Shown piece after piece: positions 39,690 to 50,514 of a DNA stretch of 64,000 bases. Within the stretch, counting starts at the first letter, position 1, and each line of letters starts with the position of its first letter. The position numbers were made by a program, and so were the translations under genes. The notes under the pieces are model-generated. The model searched no databases. It saw only the letters and a program-made list of their open reading frames with translations, and had not been told where the DNA came from. Source of the DNA: a virus. Its lineage: Duplodnaviria; Caudoviricetes. The stretch lies in IMG/VR virus record IMGVR_UViG_3300025087_000689; one strand, written 5' to 3'.

Positions 39690-40792
39690 ATTGTATGTAT
39701 AGGGAAGGACCCTTAGTTACAAAGGATGACATTTCTGCCGTCTCGGCCGCGATGAAAACGTGCTTTTATGAAGATGCATATCAATTCATAAATCGATTTG
39801 AAGCAGATTTTGCAAGGTACCACGGCCGTAAATATGCAATTATGACACCAAATTGTACATCCGCCATACATCTTTTGTTAGCAGGAGTAGGAATTGGCAA
39901 AGGTGATGAGGTTATAGTTCCTGATCTAACTTGGGTTGCTACAGCTGCACCTGTCATTCAAACTGGGGCGAAGATAATTCCCTGCGATGTAGATGCTAAT
40001 TGGTGTTTAAATCCATATGATGTAAAAAAAAGAATAACAAAAAATACAAAGGCAATCATATTTGTTGATCTATATAGTAATATGGGTCAAATAAAAGAAC
40101 TTCAAAATATAGCTGATGAACATCATATTCCATTAATTGAAGATGCTGCCGAAGCATTGGGTTCTATTTATGAAAATAAAAAAGCTGGTTCATTTGGATT
40201 AGCATCAGTATTTAGTTTTCACCGTACCAAAACTATTACTTGTGGTGAAGGTGGTATGTTACTTTTAGATGATGAAAAACTTTATGATAAATGTATCATG
40301 CTTAGAAATCATGGTAGGAATGGAAAGACTTATTCTTTCTTTCCTGAAATGGTTGGTTACAAATACTTTCCTACAGATATACAAGCGGTACTTGCTCATT
40401 CTCAATTTAAAAAAATAAATAAATTACTTTTTATTAAACATGGACATTATGAATTTTATGAGAATGAATTAAAAGATAGTAAACACATACTTACTTTTAA
40501 TCAATCTCCAAAAACTAGTGGTTGTTGGGTAACATCTTTAATACTCAGTGAAGAGTTTACAGCTGATCAAGTTCTGAAAGAAATGAAGAAGATGGGAATA
40601 CCTATGCGTAGATTCTTTTATCCCTTAACTGCTATTCCTGCTTTTGGATTTAATACTAATAAATATAGTAAGATGAATTCAATGTCTTATTACTTATCTG
40701 AACATGGCATCAATCTTCCGGGTGCTTATATACTTAAAGACAAAGATTTAAAACTAGTTGTTAAGAATCTAAAGGAAGTATTACATGATTAA
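39686..40792 (+). CDS. DegT/DnrJ/EryC1/StrS sugar aminotransferase
   Basis: NCTSAIH, GDEVIVP, IEDAAEALG, FSFHRTKTITCGEGG. Confidence 0.9.
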   Translation: MNCMYREGPLVTKDDISAVSAAMKTCFYEDAYQFINRFEADFARYHGRKYAIMTPNCTSAIHLLLAGVGIGKGDEVIVPDLTWVATAAPVIQTGAKIIPCDVDANWCLNPYDVKKRITKNTKAIIFVDLYSNMGQIKELQNIADEHHIPLIEDAAEALGSIYENKKAGSFGLASVFSFHRTKTITCGEGGMLLLDDEKLYDKCIMLRNHGRNGKTYSFFPEMVGYKYFPTDIQAVLAHSQFKKINKLLFIKHGHYEFYENELKDSKHILTFNQSPKTSGCWVTSLILSEEFTADQVLKEMKKMGIPMRRFFYPLTAIPAFGFNTNKYSKMNSMSYYLSEHGINLPGAYILKDKDLKLVVKNLKEVLHD

Positions 40793-41735
40793 ACTATTTA
40801 ATATACCAACATATATCTTAGATACCTCCAGTTATAATCATGTTCTTAATGGTTCTATAGTAACAGAGTTTGAACAAGCTTTCTGTGAATATGTAGGTAT
40901 CAAGTACGGTTGTGCTTTTGATAGTGAAACTAGTATCATCCAAGCTATCTTTCATAATGCTAATTCAACTATATATCTTCCAAGTATGTTGCCTCCAGTT
41001 GTAGCTAATGCTATAGTGTTAGGTGGAAACAAATTATTTTTTTCTAATAACATAAATTGGATAGGAAGAAGTTACCCTCTTCATGTTTTTAATGATGGAA
41101 GAACTTTAATTGATTCAGCTCAGGAAGTATTTCGCCATTGTTGTGATTATATGAACGATACAGATGTTATTCTATTTAGTTTTTATCCAACTAAACCATT
41201 ATCTGGTATAGATGGTGGTATGATGTGTTCGAATAATAAAGACGTTATAGATTGTTACCGTAGACTATCTATGAATGGTATGGATAATAATGTTAATAGT
41301 TGGGATCGTCGAGTTATAGAACCAGGGTGGAAAACATATATGAGATCAGTTCAAGCGGATGTCGCTTTAAGAAATCTTCGCAATCTAGACGCTCGTAATG
41401 ATCAGGTTAACGAAATTAGGGAGAAGTATAATAAGGCTTTTGAATTAAATAATAGAAGCCTGCATCTATATCGTATTAGAGTTGAATGTAATGAATACCT
41501 AGTTAAAAATGCTGGGATACAGTGTGGTATTCATTATAAACCACTACACACAATGCCAGTATATGGCTTACATCGAGCTGATCTTGATGATATTAGAATG
41601 TGTAAACACAATCCGTTGTTTAACGTCGAGTGGGAATCCCGACATACTTTAAGTATTCCACTACACGAAGCACTTACTGATGCTGAAGTAGATAGAGTTA
41701 TTGAGTTTTTTAAACCTTTAATCTGGAGAGAGTAA
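40785..41735 (+). CDS. Second DegT-family aminotransferase
   Basis: FEQAFCEYVG, IDSAQ, FSFYPTKPLSGIDGGM, GIHYKP, LSIPLH. Confidence 0.8.
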   Translation: MIKLFNIPTYILDTSSYNHVLNGSIVTEFEQAFCEYVGIKYGCAFDSETSIIQAIFHNANSTIYLPSMLPPVVANAIVLGGNKLFFSNNINWIGRSYPLHVFNDGRTLIDSAQEVFRHCCDYMNDTDVILFSFYPTKPLSGIDGGMMCSNNKDVIDCYRRLSMNGMDNNVNSWDRRVIEPGWKTYMRSVQADVALRNLRNLDARNDQVNEIREKYNKAFELNNRSLHLYRIRVECNEYLVKNAGIQCGIHYKPLHTMPVYGLHRADLDDIRMCKHNPLFNVEWESRHTLSIPLHEALTDAEVDRVIEFFKPLIWRE

Positions 41736-42304
41736 TGAAATTGAATGTGGCGGCAGGCCCCGATATACTAGATGGTTGGATTAATATGGATCTATATCCC
41801 CAAAATTCTAAAGTAATGAAAGGTGATATTCTTAGTATACCATTACCAGATAGATCTTGTGAGACCGTAATGGCTAACTATGTCTTTGAACATCTTAACT
41901 TTGTCGATGAACCGAAAGCATTCTCTGAAGTTACTCGTGTGTTAAAACCAAGAGGAGAACTAATAGTTAAGGTTCCCGACTTTGAAGATACCGTTAAGAA
42001 GTGGTTAGCTGCGGAGGATAGCTGGAAGTGCTTCTACAAGCTCTGCAAGCCATCAGATCCATCTTACGGCTTTGGACATGGGTTTGTTATGGACCAAAGA
42101 TGGGGAGTTATTATGACGCACATCTTTGGTAGCTTTGCTGCACCAGGATTAGTACATCAAAATGCGTATACTTATGATAAACTGTTAGCTATTTTTAGTT
42201 ATTTGAAATTAATTGGTACTAGAATAGAAACAGTTATAGAATCAGATCGCGGATATGATATTAAAGCACTTGTAGCTAGAGGTTTTAAAAATGATGAAAC
42301 ATAA
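41735..42304 (+). CDS. Class I SAM-dependent methyltransferase
   Basis: LNVAAG..ILDGWINMD, HVFEH-like YVFEH, RVLKPRGEL..KVPD. Confidence 0.8.
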   Translation: MKLNVAAGPDILDGWINMDLYPQNSKVMKGDILSIPLPDRSCETVMANYVFEHLNFVDEPKAFSEVTRVLKPRGELIVKVPDFEDTVKKWLAAEDSWKCFYKLCKPSDPSYGFGHGFVMDQRWGVIMTHIFGSFAAPGLVHQNAYTYDKLLAIFSYLKLIGTRIETVIESDRGYDIKALVARGFKNDET

Positions 42305-43196
42305 GATTATTCATATAGGTTCTCCTAAATCAGGATCAACAACTCTACAAAGAGAATTGTTTATGAAACATCCAAAGATACATTACTTCGGAGAAGAAGG
42401 TGAAGGCTGTTATCATAATACAGATCGGAATCTTTTATGGTCTTTATATCATGATGATGATATTTTTTATGATAGAGTACGTACGAAACAGTTGTTTACT
42501 GAGCACTTTACTAATGAGTCTCCGACTGTAATATTTTCAGATGTAGATATCATGTCCAGCAGACAACCCAGTATAGTAGCCCAAAGACTATATGAATTAG
42601 AACCAGAAGCTAAGATATTTATTATTGTTCGCAATCAGTTTGATGTTATTAAATCATATTATGTTAATCATGGTTCTTATTTAAAGCCATCACCAGAACC
42701 ACATTTTAGAAAACACATTCCATTTCGAGATTGGATGGACTACTGTCTTAGATTTAAGTCGCAGAGTCCTCTCATGTTCTTTAAGTATAAAGAGATTATA
42801 GATATTTATACAAAATTATTTGGATCTGATAAAATTAATGTTGTCGCACATGAAACAATGATTTATAATCCAGAAGCGTTTTATAGATATATGGATAAAC
42901 TACTTCAGATAGAAGATACTCATTCATATCTTAGATATGCTAAGGTACATAGACCAAGACAACCAAAACGTAATCTGTTTATAAGTAAGTGTATTAGTTT
43001 ACTTCCTTTGTATTCCTCTTCAAGGGATAATATTTGTCAAATGATTAATAACTTAACTTCAATCCTTCCTAACTTTAGCGACGATATTGAATTTAGTGAA
43101 TCTGATAAGCGACAGTTACGAGCTTTTTATAGGTCTGGAAATTCCAGACTAGTAACTGAAAATAAAATTTCAATAACTGAAACCTACCTGGAGTAA
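42291..43196 (+). CDS. PAPS-dependent sulfotransferase
   Basis: IHIGSPKSGSTTLQ (5'-phosphosulfate loop) and IIVRNQFDVIKSYY (3'-phosphate motif). Confidence 0.8.
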   Translation: MMKHKIIHIGSPKSGSTTLQRELFMKHPKIHYFGEEGEGCYHNTDRNLLWSLYHDDDIFYDRVRTKQLFTEHFTNESPTVIFSDVDIMSSRQPSIVAQRLYELEPEAKIFIIVRNQFDVIKSYYVNHGSYLKPSPEPHFRKHIPFRDWMDYCLRFKSQSPLMFFKYKEIIDIYTKLFGSDKINVVAHETMIYNPEAFYRYMDKLLQIEDTHSYLRYAKVHRPRQPKRNLFISKCISLLPLYSSSRDNICQMINNLTSILPNFSDDIEFSESDKRQLRAFYRSGNSRLVTENKISITETYLE

Positions 43197-43197
43197 T

Positions 43198-43833
43198 ATG
43201 AGTGGTGTAATTTGTGGTAGAGTATTTGATAAGTTATGGGAAGTTCCTTATTGGCTTCGAAGTGTAAGATATAGATTTCCTAATGAAGAAGTACTTTTAT
43301 TTTCTAATGGCGATACTAGTTCTTTTACTCAGTTAGATTGTAAGGTCATCGAAGTAATTAAGCAGGATAAAATAGAAAATACACACGTACCACATAACGA
43401 TAGATATAGATTTCAACTAGGTGCCATGAGTTTGTTCGCTACAGTAGCTGAGTATACTGAAATGAAAGGATACGATTACATAGTATCCATGGTAGCTGAT
43501 GAATGGTTTGTAACTAATACTGTCTTTGATCGTATTAAAGAACTTGAACAATACGAGCTCATAATGAATAGTTGGAATGGAAAACCATGGGGTAGTTATG
43601 TTCAAAGAGGTAATGTAAGTCACTTTAAAAATAAAGAGTACATGTATAGTAGATTTGGTTTCAATTGTGAAGACGCAGTAGGTAGTGCATTGCACGATAA
43701 GAATATTAAATTTATGCAACGTAAAGATAAGTTTGGTTATGATGGATGTATGGGAACAGTTCATTTCGATACTATAGAAGATCCTGACGCAAAGGATAGA
43801 TACCTGTCTGCTCTTGGTAAAACATATGCTTAA
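43198..43833 (+). CDS. Hypothetical, possible GT-A-fold protein
   Basis: Operon context; MVADEW resembles a DxD-type motif. Confidence 0.4.
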   Translation: MSGVICGRVFDKLWEVPYWLRSVRYRFPNEEVLLFSNGDTSSFTQLDCKVIEVIKQDKIENTHVPHNDRYRFQLGAMSLFATVAEYTEMKGYDYIVSMVADEWFVTNTVFDRIKELEQYELIMNSWNGKPWGSYVQRGNVSHFKNKEYMYSRFGFNCEDAVGSALHDKNIKFMQRKDKFGYDGCMGTVHFDTIEDPDAKDRYLSALGKTYA

Positions 43834-44704
43834 TCATTTAAAGCTGTTAGAGGCTGAAAGTATTCATATCATTAGAGAAGTTGTTGCTGAATGCCAGCGA
43901 CCAGTGATGCTTTATTCTGTTGGTAAGGACTCATCTGTAATGGTTAGGTTAGCTCAAAAGGCTTTCTATCCTGGTAAAATACCTTTTCCTTTAATGCATG
44001 TAGATACAACATTCAAGTTTAAGGAGATGTATTCTTTTAGAGATGAGTTTGTGAAACAGATTGGAGTACAACTTATTGTTTATAAGAATAACAAAGCTAT
44101 TAGTGATAATGTTAATCCATACACATTAAGTACACAAAAATGTTGTTCTTTTCTTAAGACGCAAGCACTAGTTGATGCTATTCGAGAAGGTGGTTATGAT
44201 GCCGCTTTCGGTGGAGCTCGAAGGGATGAGGAAAAATCTAGAGCTAAAGAAAGAATTTTTTCATTTAGAGATAGTAAAGGACAGTGGGATCCTAAGAATC
44301 AAAGACCTGAGTTATGGAATATATATAATACTAAGGTTAATAAAGACGAATCAATGAGAGTGTTTCCTTTATCTAATTGGACTGAATTAGATGTATGGCA
44401 ATATATATATGAAGAAAATATTCCTATTGTTCCGATGTATTTTGCTAAAGAACGAAATATGATTGTCAAAGATAAACAACTGATTCCAATTGAACAACCA
44501 AATAAAGAATCACAAAAAATAATGTGTCGGTTTAGAACTCTAGGTTGTTATCCTTGCACAGGAGCAATCATATCAACAGCTTCTACCTTACCTGAAATTA
44601 TAAAAGAAATTAATAATATTCGTATATCTGAAAGATCTACTAGAATAATAGATCATGATGAAGAAGGTTCGATGGAAACTAAAAAAAGGGAAGGTTACTT
44701 TTGA
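43826..44704 (+). CDS. cysD: Sulfate adenylyltransferase subunit 2
   Basis: [54 protein letters not shown]. Confidence 0.97.
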   Translation: MLNHLKLLEAESIHIIREVVAECQRPVMLYSVGKDSSVMVRLAQKAFYPGKIPFPLMHVDTTFKFKEMYSFRDEFVKQIGVQLIVYKNNKAISDNVNPYTLSTQKCCSFLKTQALVDAIREGGYDAAFGGARRDEEKSRAKERIFSFRDSKGQWDPKNQRPELWNIYNTKVNKDESMRVFPLSNWTELDVWQYIYEENIPIVPMYFAKERNMIVKDKQLIPIEQPNKESQKIMCRFRTLGCYPCTGAIISTASTLPEIIKEINNIRISERSTRIIDHDEEGSMETKKREGYF

Positions 44705-46455
44705 AAGATCTACTTAGATTCTCTACAGCAGGTAGTGTTGATGATGGCAAGTCTACTTTGATCGGCCGTCTATTACTTGATTCTAGAAATATTTTTGATG
44801 ATCAAATCACAAGCGTACGTAAGGCTTCCAAGATAGATGATTTAGATCTCTTTCTATTTACTGATGGTCTAAAAGCCGAGAGAGAACAGAAGATAACAAT
44901 TGATGTAGCATATAGATACTTCTCTACACCCAAACGTAAATTCATTATAGCCGATTCTCCTGGTCATGAACAGTATACTAGAAACATGGCAACAGGAGCA
45001 TCACATGTTAATCTAACGATCATCCTAATAGACGCAAGAAAAGGTCTATTGCAACAATCGAAACGACACGCCTTTATAGTATCTCTACTGAGAGTTCCTC
45101 ATGTTATAGTTGCTATAAATAAAATGGATTTAGTTAACTACGATAGAATAGTTTTCGATAAAATCAAACAAGAGTTTACTGAATTTGCTTCCAAGTTAAA
45201 TATGCAAAATCTACAGTTTATACCTATGAGTGCACTAACAGGAGAGAACGTTATTGAATGTAGTGATTCTATGTCATGGTACCAAGGAGGATCCTTATTA
45301 GATATATTAGAGAATGTACATATAGCTAGCGATCAAAATCTGATTGATCTTCGTTTTCCTGTTCAGTATGTTAATAGACCAGGAATGGATTTTAGAGGTT
45401 ATTCTGGTACGGTAGCAGCCGGTACTATTAAGAAGAATGATAGTATATTAGTTCTTCCATCTATGAAGAAATCAAAAGTTAAATCAATAATAACTTATGA
45501 TGGAGAATTAGGAAGAGCACTTGCTTCAGAATCTGTTACGGTTGTACTTGAAGATGAAATAGATATAAGTCGTGGAGATATGATAGTTCATACACATAAT
45601 ATACCTGCTATTAAAACTGAGTTTGAGGCTATGGTGGTGTGGATGAATGAACAAGCTCTTGATTTAAATAAAACATATATAATTAAACACTGTTCTAAAC
45701 TAACTAAGGTAAAAATTGATAAAGTTTATTATAAGATTGATGTAAATACATTACATCGTCAGGAACAAAATACTTTAAATATGAATGAAATTGGCCGGTT
45801 AGTATTAACACCTAATCAGTCTTTATTCTTGGACACGTATCAGAAGAATCGCACAACTGGAAGTTTTATTTTAATAGATATCATAACTAATAATACTATA
45901 GCTGCTGGAATGGTTATTGATTCTGATACTTCAACAAATAAGGTAAATAAGTATGGTAGTACTTTGTGGTTTACCGGGCTGTCTGGATCTGGAAAATCAA
46001 CGATTGTTGAAGCACTACAAACAGATTTGGGTTGTTCTTGTTGTATTTTAGATGGAGATATATTAAGAAAAGGATTATGTTCAGATCTTGGTTATTCTAT
46101 TGATGATCGTAAGGAAAATATCAGAAGAGTTGCTGAAGTTGCCGCTTTACTTAATAAAATGAATATAACTGTTTTAGTTTCTATGATATCTCCTTTTATT
46201 TCTGATAGAGAAAATGCTAAATTAATTATTGGTAAAAATAGATTTATAGAAATTTTTGTTGACACACCTATAGATGTATGCGAACACAGAGATCCTAAAG
46301 GATTATATAAAAAAGTAAGAGGTGGCGAGATCAAGAACTTTACTGGAATTGATTCTCCATATGAAGTTCCACTGGAACCTGATATAAAATTACAGACTGT
46401 TAAATATAAAGTAGAAGATCTTATTAATCAAGTAAAAAATTACTTAAAGGAGTGA
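44701..46455 (+). CDS. cysNC: Bifunctional sulfate adenylyltransferase subunit 1 / APS kinase
   Basis: [28 protein letters not shown] (GTPase); [32 protein letters not shown] (APS kinase). Confidence 0.96.
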   Translation: MKDLLRFSTAGSVDDGKSTLIGRLLLDSRNIFDDQITSVRKASKIDDLDLFLFTDGLKAEREQKITIDVAYRYFSTPKRKFIIADSPGHEQYTRNMATGASHVNLTIILIDARKGLLQQSKRHAFIVSLLRVPHVIVAINKMDLVNYDRIVFDKIKQEFTEFASKLNMQNLQFIPMSALTGENVIECSDSMSWYQGGSLLDILENVHIASDQNLIDLRFPVQYVNRPGMDFRGYSGTVAAGTIKKNDSILVLPSMKKSKVKSIITYDGELGRALASESVTVVLEDEIDISRGDMIVHTHNIPAIKTEFEAMVVWMNEQALDLNKTYIIKHCSKLTKVKIDKVYYKIDVNTLHRQEQNTLNMNEIGRLVLTPNQSLFLDTYQKNRTTGSFILIDIITNNTIAAGMVIDSDTSTNKVNKYGSTLWFTGLSGSGKSTIVEALQTDLGCSCCILDGDILRKGLCSDLGYSIDDRKENIRRVAEVAALLNKMNITVLVSMISPFISDRENAKLIIGKNRFIEIFVDTPIDVCEHRDPKGLYKKVRGGEIKNFTGIDSPYEVPLEPDIKLQTVKYKVEDLINQVKNYLKE

Positions 46456-47237
46456 TGATGGTTATCGAAACAATGATGTTAATTGTAATGTTGGCTGTTT
46501 TTTGTGAATGGTTAGATTCTGCTATTGGGATGGGATATGGTACTATCTTATCTCCAATTCTAATATTACTAGGTTTTCCAATTACTTTACTAGTACCATC
46601 TATTTTACTCACTCAAGCTATGGGTGGACTAACTGCTTCATTTTTTCATCATAAATATAAAAATGTTGATTTAGGATGGAATCTACAATCTAATTTAAAG
46701 GATGTGCTATTTATTACATTACCAGGGGTATTAGCTACTATTCTCGCTGTTGGACTAGCTGTCACTGTTTCTAAAGTATTTCTTAGTACATATATAGCAA
46801 CACTTGTATTTATTATGGGTATAATAATGCTAAGTGGTATTCGTTTTATTTACAGTATTAAAAAGACAGCAGCCGTGGGTGTTATTTCTGCTTTTAATAA
46901 AGGGTTATCTGGTGGTGGTTTTGGTCCAGTAGTAACTGGAGGTCAGTTAGTTCTTGGACAAGAATCTAGGACCGCTATTGGTTGTACAACGGCCGCTGAG
47001 TTTCCTATCTGTATGGTTGGTTTTGCCGCTTATATGATTACTAAAGGAATTTCTGATTGGATTCTGATTGGATTACTTGGAATTGGATCTATAATTGGTG
47101 CCATTATAGGCCCACTAACTACTAAACATCTGGATCGTCGTTTGATTATTAAGATAGTAGGTGTATTACTTCTTATACTAAGTACTCTTACATTTCTTAC
47201 AACCTATAATGTTATTCATTTGAAGATAGGTATGTGA
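46452..47237 (+). CDS. TauE/SafE-family sulfite exporter-type membrane protein
   Basis: Two hydrophobic repeats, GMGYG and GGGFGP motifs, A.GCT. Confidence 0.85.
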   Translation: MMMVIETMMLIVMLAVFCEWLDSAIGMGYGTILSPILILLGFPITLLVPSILLTQAMGGLTASFFHHKYKNVDLGWNLQSNLKDVLFITLPGVLATILAVGLAVTVSKVFLSTYIATLVFIMGIIMLSGIRFIYSIKKTAAVGVISAFNKGLSGGGFGPVVTGGQLVLGQESRTAIGCTTAAEFPICMVGFAAYMITKGISDWILIGLLGIGSIIGAIIGPLTTKHLDRRLIIKIVGVLLLILSTLTFLTTYNVIHLKIGM

Positions 47238-47248
47238 TATACTATAAT
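47220..47248 (+). promoter_or_regulatory. Sigma-70-like promoter TTGAAG-N17-TATAAT
   Basis: Upstream of AAGGAG and ATG 47271. Confidence 0.45.
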
Positions 47249-47270
47249 ATAGATATACAAAGGAGTTAGT

Positions 47271-47756
47271 ATGGCTAATAATGATAAAGTTAAATTTAGT
47301 ATTACATCAGACGGTACATCTGAAGGAACTAAAATCGTTCTTAATGGTGAGAATATAGTCGATAGTAAAAAGATAGTTGCATGCCAGTTTTCAGCTAGAG
47401 CAGCAGCTATGTATCCAGATTATGATGGACGTATGCAACAGAATCCAGAAGATATTAGTTTTAGTTACATGTCCATAGATAAAAATGATAAAGGTGAGAA
47501 GGTATACGTTCGTTATGAATTTAATCTTGCTAAAGATAAGTGGGAACCTACTATAACTCCAATAGGTGAACCTACACCACAGGGTGATGGTGGTGTGGTT
47601 GAAGATAATCTTATCGGGAATGATTCTACAGTTGTAAAAGCTATTATAAACATGGCTTCTAAAGTTAAAAGATATATTCCCGAAAGAAAAGATCTTATTA
47701 ATAGAACATATACAAGTCTTAGTGATATGTTAAAAGATATTCAAAAAGAGATGTAA
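47271..47756 (+). CDS. Hypothetical protein
   Basis: Strong RBS; 161 aa. Confidence 0.6.
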   Translation: MANNDKVKFSITSDGTSEGTKIVLNGENIVDSKKIVACQFSARAAAMYPDYDGRMQQNPEDISFSYMSIDKNDKGEKVYVRYEFNLAKDKWEPTITPIGEPTPQGDGGVVEDNLIGNDSTVVKAIINMASKVKRYIPERKDLINRTYTSLSDMLKDIQKEM

Positions 47757-48085
47757 TGAATACGACAGCCATCACTGTAGTTATAGAAATAGCTATTGAT
47801 TCTTCAAATGATACATATAAAACGAAAAGTTTTCTTGAAGTAGGTGAAGAATACGCTAAAAAGAGTGAAGATATTCCTAGAGATGTCCTTCTTAGCATGT
47901 TATATGAATTACGGTTAATGGCATCTAGGGTTATGAAGAAAGCTGAAATAAGCAATGATGAAATGGATGAATACCTTACTCAACGAAAACTAGTAACTCA
48001 AATTGATAATGATGAACCACCTAGCAGGGGTAAAGGTGATATTATTGATCAGTCTATAAATAATCTTTTTGGTGATGATGAATGA
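47756..48085 (+). CDS. Hypothetical protein
   Basis: Coupled ORF. Confidence 0.55.
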   Translation: MNTTAITVVIEIAIDSSNDTYKTKSFLEVGEEYAKKSEDIPRDVLLSMLYELRLMASRVMKKAEISNDEMDEYLTQRKLVTQIDNDEPPSRGKGDIIDQSINNLFGDDE

Positions 48086-48480
48086 AAATTGTTCAGATTT
48101 GCAAAAATTCTGGGTTAATTTGCGAGAACTTTGGATACTTTGGAAAGATTAAAAAACTTTCCGATATTTTAAAGTACTCTCCTCAGCATCTTATCTCTAA
48201 TGGTGAGAAAGTAAGACTGCTTTATTACAAACCATCTTATGATAATCGTTATGTTGAACTAATACGCGAGGAGATTAATTCTATTCGTATATGGAATGAA
48301 AGTATTCACAAAGTTCTTGTCTTTGTTTTTAATTATACGTTAAATAAATTTATTATTTTTAATATGGAAGAGGTAAATAAAAAAATGTTTGTCTGTAAGA
48401 AAGAATCTATAAACAAATTCCTCTTTGATAACACAGAATTTAAGTGGATGAATGTTAATGAAAAGTTGGAGTTACAATGA
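48082..48480 (+). CDS. Hypothetical protein
   Basis: ATGA overlap. Confidence 0.55.
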   Translation: MKIVQICKNSGLICENFGYFGKIKKLSDILKYSPQHLISNGEKVRLLYYKPSYDNRYVELIREEINSIRIWNESIHKVLVFVFNYTLNKFIIFNMEEVNKKMFVCKKESINKFLFDNTEFKWMNVNEKLELQ

Positions 48481-48614
48481 GGAAAAAAGATGATATCTTC
48501 TGTGGAGATGGAAGAGAAGATGATCTAAGCGATGATTATTATAATGATCAAATTGTATCTTTAGAAGAGGTAGATTTTGATCTTGAGGAGGATGAAGATG
48601 AAACATGTGACTAA
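48477..48614 (+). CDS. 45-aa highly acidic mini-protein (not in ORF track)
   Basis: MRKKDDIFCGDGREDDLSDDYYNDQIVSLEEVDFDLEEDEDETCD; ATGA overlap upstream. Confidence 0.55.
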   Translation: MRKKDDIFCGDGREDDLSDDYYNDQIVSLEEVDFDLEEDEDETCD

Positions 48615-49029
48615 TATAGGAAATATACCAGAGATACTTAAGTCATTTCTATTAAATACACTATTTGGGGAAGGTAATTCAACTGATGTGTTTGATTGTA
48701 CATACGATGAGATTATAAATAAAGCAAAAATTGAAAAGTTAGAACCTACGGTAATTATAGATAAAAAAAATACTGGTCGTGGATATTTGTGTGCTGTTGG
48801 TGCATCAATTCGCACCATGATATGGCCATTGCAAGATACACTTAAACCTGTATTTTACTTTGCTGAACTGGATGAACCACGTAAACGTCAGTTTCAGCAG
48901 GAGTTAAAAAAAGCAAGAACTCAAGTCTTTGAATCACATAAAACGCAATTAGATGTAGATAAGAGATTGAAAGCAGCAGCCCGAGAAGGTTCGGAGAAAT
49001 TAAAAAATGGCAAAACAAGATCTAATTAA
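48598..49029 (+). CDS. Hypothetical protein
   Basis: ATG 48598 after GAGGAG-like RBS. Confidence 0.55.
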   Translation: MKHVTNIGNIPEILKSFLLNTLFGEGNSTDVFDCTYDEIINKAKIEKLEPTVIIDKKNTGRGYLCAVGASIRTMIWPLQDTLKPVFYFAELDEPRKRQFQQELKKARTQVFESHKTQLDVDKRLKAAAREGSEKLKNGKTRSN

Positions 49030-49486
49030 TGGTGGTAATAAAAATCGCAGTACATGGCCACCTGAAGCTAGAGTGTGTGAAAAGCTTTGGATTCTTACAA
49101 GAAAACTAAGAGAATCTAATCTAATGACGGACTATTTAGACGGTAAGATTACAGATGATGAAGTAGATATACTTTTGCGGGAACATGATAACTCTAATAT
49201 AATACAAGATATCATAGAGTTGAAACTAGACTGTTCTATTATGTTACCTGATGTACAAACAACAGGTATGATACCTATTGATTCTAAATACTTTAAGACA
49301 CTCTCAAAACTAGGCACATTACTTGCAAAAGATTGCCAGTGGTGGGAAAGATACCAAGTAATTACTCAGACTATGGGTGCTGAGTGTATACTTTCTATTA
49401 GAACAGCTGAATCTTTATTTAAGAAAGATCGTTTAGCACCAGAAATTAAAAGTATTTTAACAGAATTAATTATGGAGGAAATATGA
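49007..49486 (+). CDS. Hypothetical helical protein
   Basis: Coupled ORF. Confidence 0.55.
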   Translation: MAKQDLINGGNKNRSTWPPEARVCEKLWILTRKLRESNLMTDYLDGKITDDEVDILLREHDNSNIIQDIIELKLDCSIMLPDVQTTGMIPIDSKYFKTLSKLGTLLAKDCQWWERYQVITQTMGAECILSIRTAESLFKKDRLAPEIKSILTELIMEEI

Positions 49487-49824
49487 TTAGAACACTAACA
49501 GATGATATCCTAGATGAATTTATTAATTTTACCGGATGGCATGGAGGAACAATTAAAGAACCCACAGCTATCGTAGAAGAGAATAAACTCTTACTTAGCT
49601 GGGACCTTCCAGGTACAACCAAAGAGAAATTAGAATTAAGTAATGAAGATAACATTTTAATAGTAAAGGGCGTGGAGGGTAGGTATAAGGGATTGCAATC
49701 AAGAGTTCGAATTAATCGAGATTACGATATGCAATCAATAAATGCATCCCTATCAGATGGAGTGCTAACAGCAGCCATATCTAAAGGGAAAACAATAACA
49801 GGAAACAAAATACAGATCAAATGA
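49483..49824 (+). CDS. Hsp20/alpha-crystallin small heat-shock protein
   Basis: WDLPGTTKE.LEL...NILIVKG...I.ASLSDGVLTA.I.K. Confidence 0.85.
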   Translation: MIRTLTDDILDEFINFTGWHGGTIKEPTAIVEENKLLLSWDLPGTTKEKLELSNEDNILIVKGVEGRYKGLQSRVRINRDYDMQSINASLSDGVLTAAISKGKTITGNKIQIK

Positions 49825-50009
49825 AATTAATACTAGCTTTAGTACTCTTACTTTTCTTATCGTGTGGTCCTACGCGTAGTTTATATCTACCGTGTAAGAA
49901 TAATACTGATATAGAAGAGTGTATTAAGGCTCAGCTTAAGAAGAATCAAAAAATTGTATCGTTTGAACGTGTCGATATAGGTCTATACGAGGTTATAATT
50001 CGTGAGTAA
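49821..50009 (+). CDS. Small putative lipoprotein
   Basis: MKLILALVLLLFLSC signal peptide with lipobox Cys. Confidence 0.5.
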   Translation: MKLILALVLLLFLSCGPTRSLYLPCKNNTDIEECIKAQLKKNQKIVSFERVDIGLYEVIIRE

Positions 50010-50331
50010 ACCTTTAAACTTCTGGCAAAGATTAAAAATCGCGAAGAAACACAGACTTCAAACTGAAAGTATAATGAAATCCCACGGAACTACTTTTTTA
50101 AAGGAACTCTGTGGGATTACTTCTAAGCAACCAGAACTATCGAAGATAGATAAACTCTTCGGATATCTACACTATGACGCGGGATTATCTCTTATGCAGA
50201 TATCAAATGATATGGCATTGGAAGAGAGAAACACTCGTAGGTATAACGAAGAGATTCTAAAAAAACTTGGTATTAAAGAGTCTCAACAGGTACAACAGCA
50301 GGTGCTAGTGCAACCTTCTTCTGAATTTTAG
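50002..50331 (+). CDS. Hypothetical protein
   Basis: Last gene of the + block. Confidence 0.5.
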   Translation: MSKPLNFWQRLKIAKKHRLQTESIMKSHGTTFLKELCGITSKQPELSKIDKLFGYLHYDAGLSLMQISNDMALEERNTRRYNEEILKKLGIKESQQVQQQVLVQPSSEF

Positions 50332-50500
50332 TCTCTTGTTTAACTCGAAGAAGATATTCTTTATTGGGTAGAATCTCCTTAACTATCTTACCTGAATTTT
50401 TAGCTTCAAAAACTTTCCCTGCTGCTTCTTGTGTTTTCTCCCATACAATACCCTGTGTATTATCTTGAGCGATAACAACATACTTGTGTTTACCAATCAT
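50273..50500 (-). CDS. Hypothetical protein
   Basis: AAGGAG RBS; convergent overlap with 50002-50331. Confidence 0.5.
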   Translation of the reverse strand: MIGKHKYVVIAQDNTQGIVWEKTQEAAGKVFEAKNSGKIVKEILPNKEYLLRVKQETKIQKKVALAPAVVPVETL

Positions 50501-50514
50501 ACTGTCTCCTTTGT

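Noticed and set aside
43826-46455. cysD/cysNC as a sulfate-assimilation auxiliary metabolic gene set
   Set aside because: No cysH or sulfite reductase in view, and the genes are coupled directly to a sulfotransferase.
26785-47237. Ordinary bacterial O-antigen or capsule locus
   Set aside because: No flippase, polymerase, chain-length regulator or exporter. It is continuous with phage-type replication genes, homing endonucleases and the shared TTGGCA promoter. Not fully excluded without coverage data.
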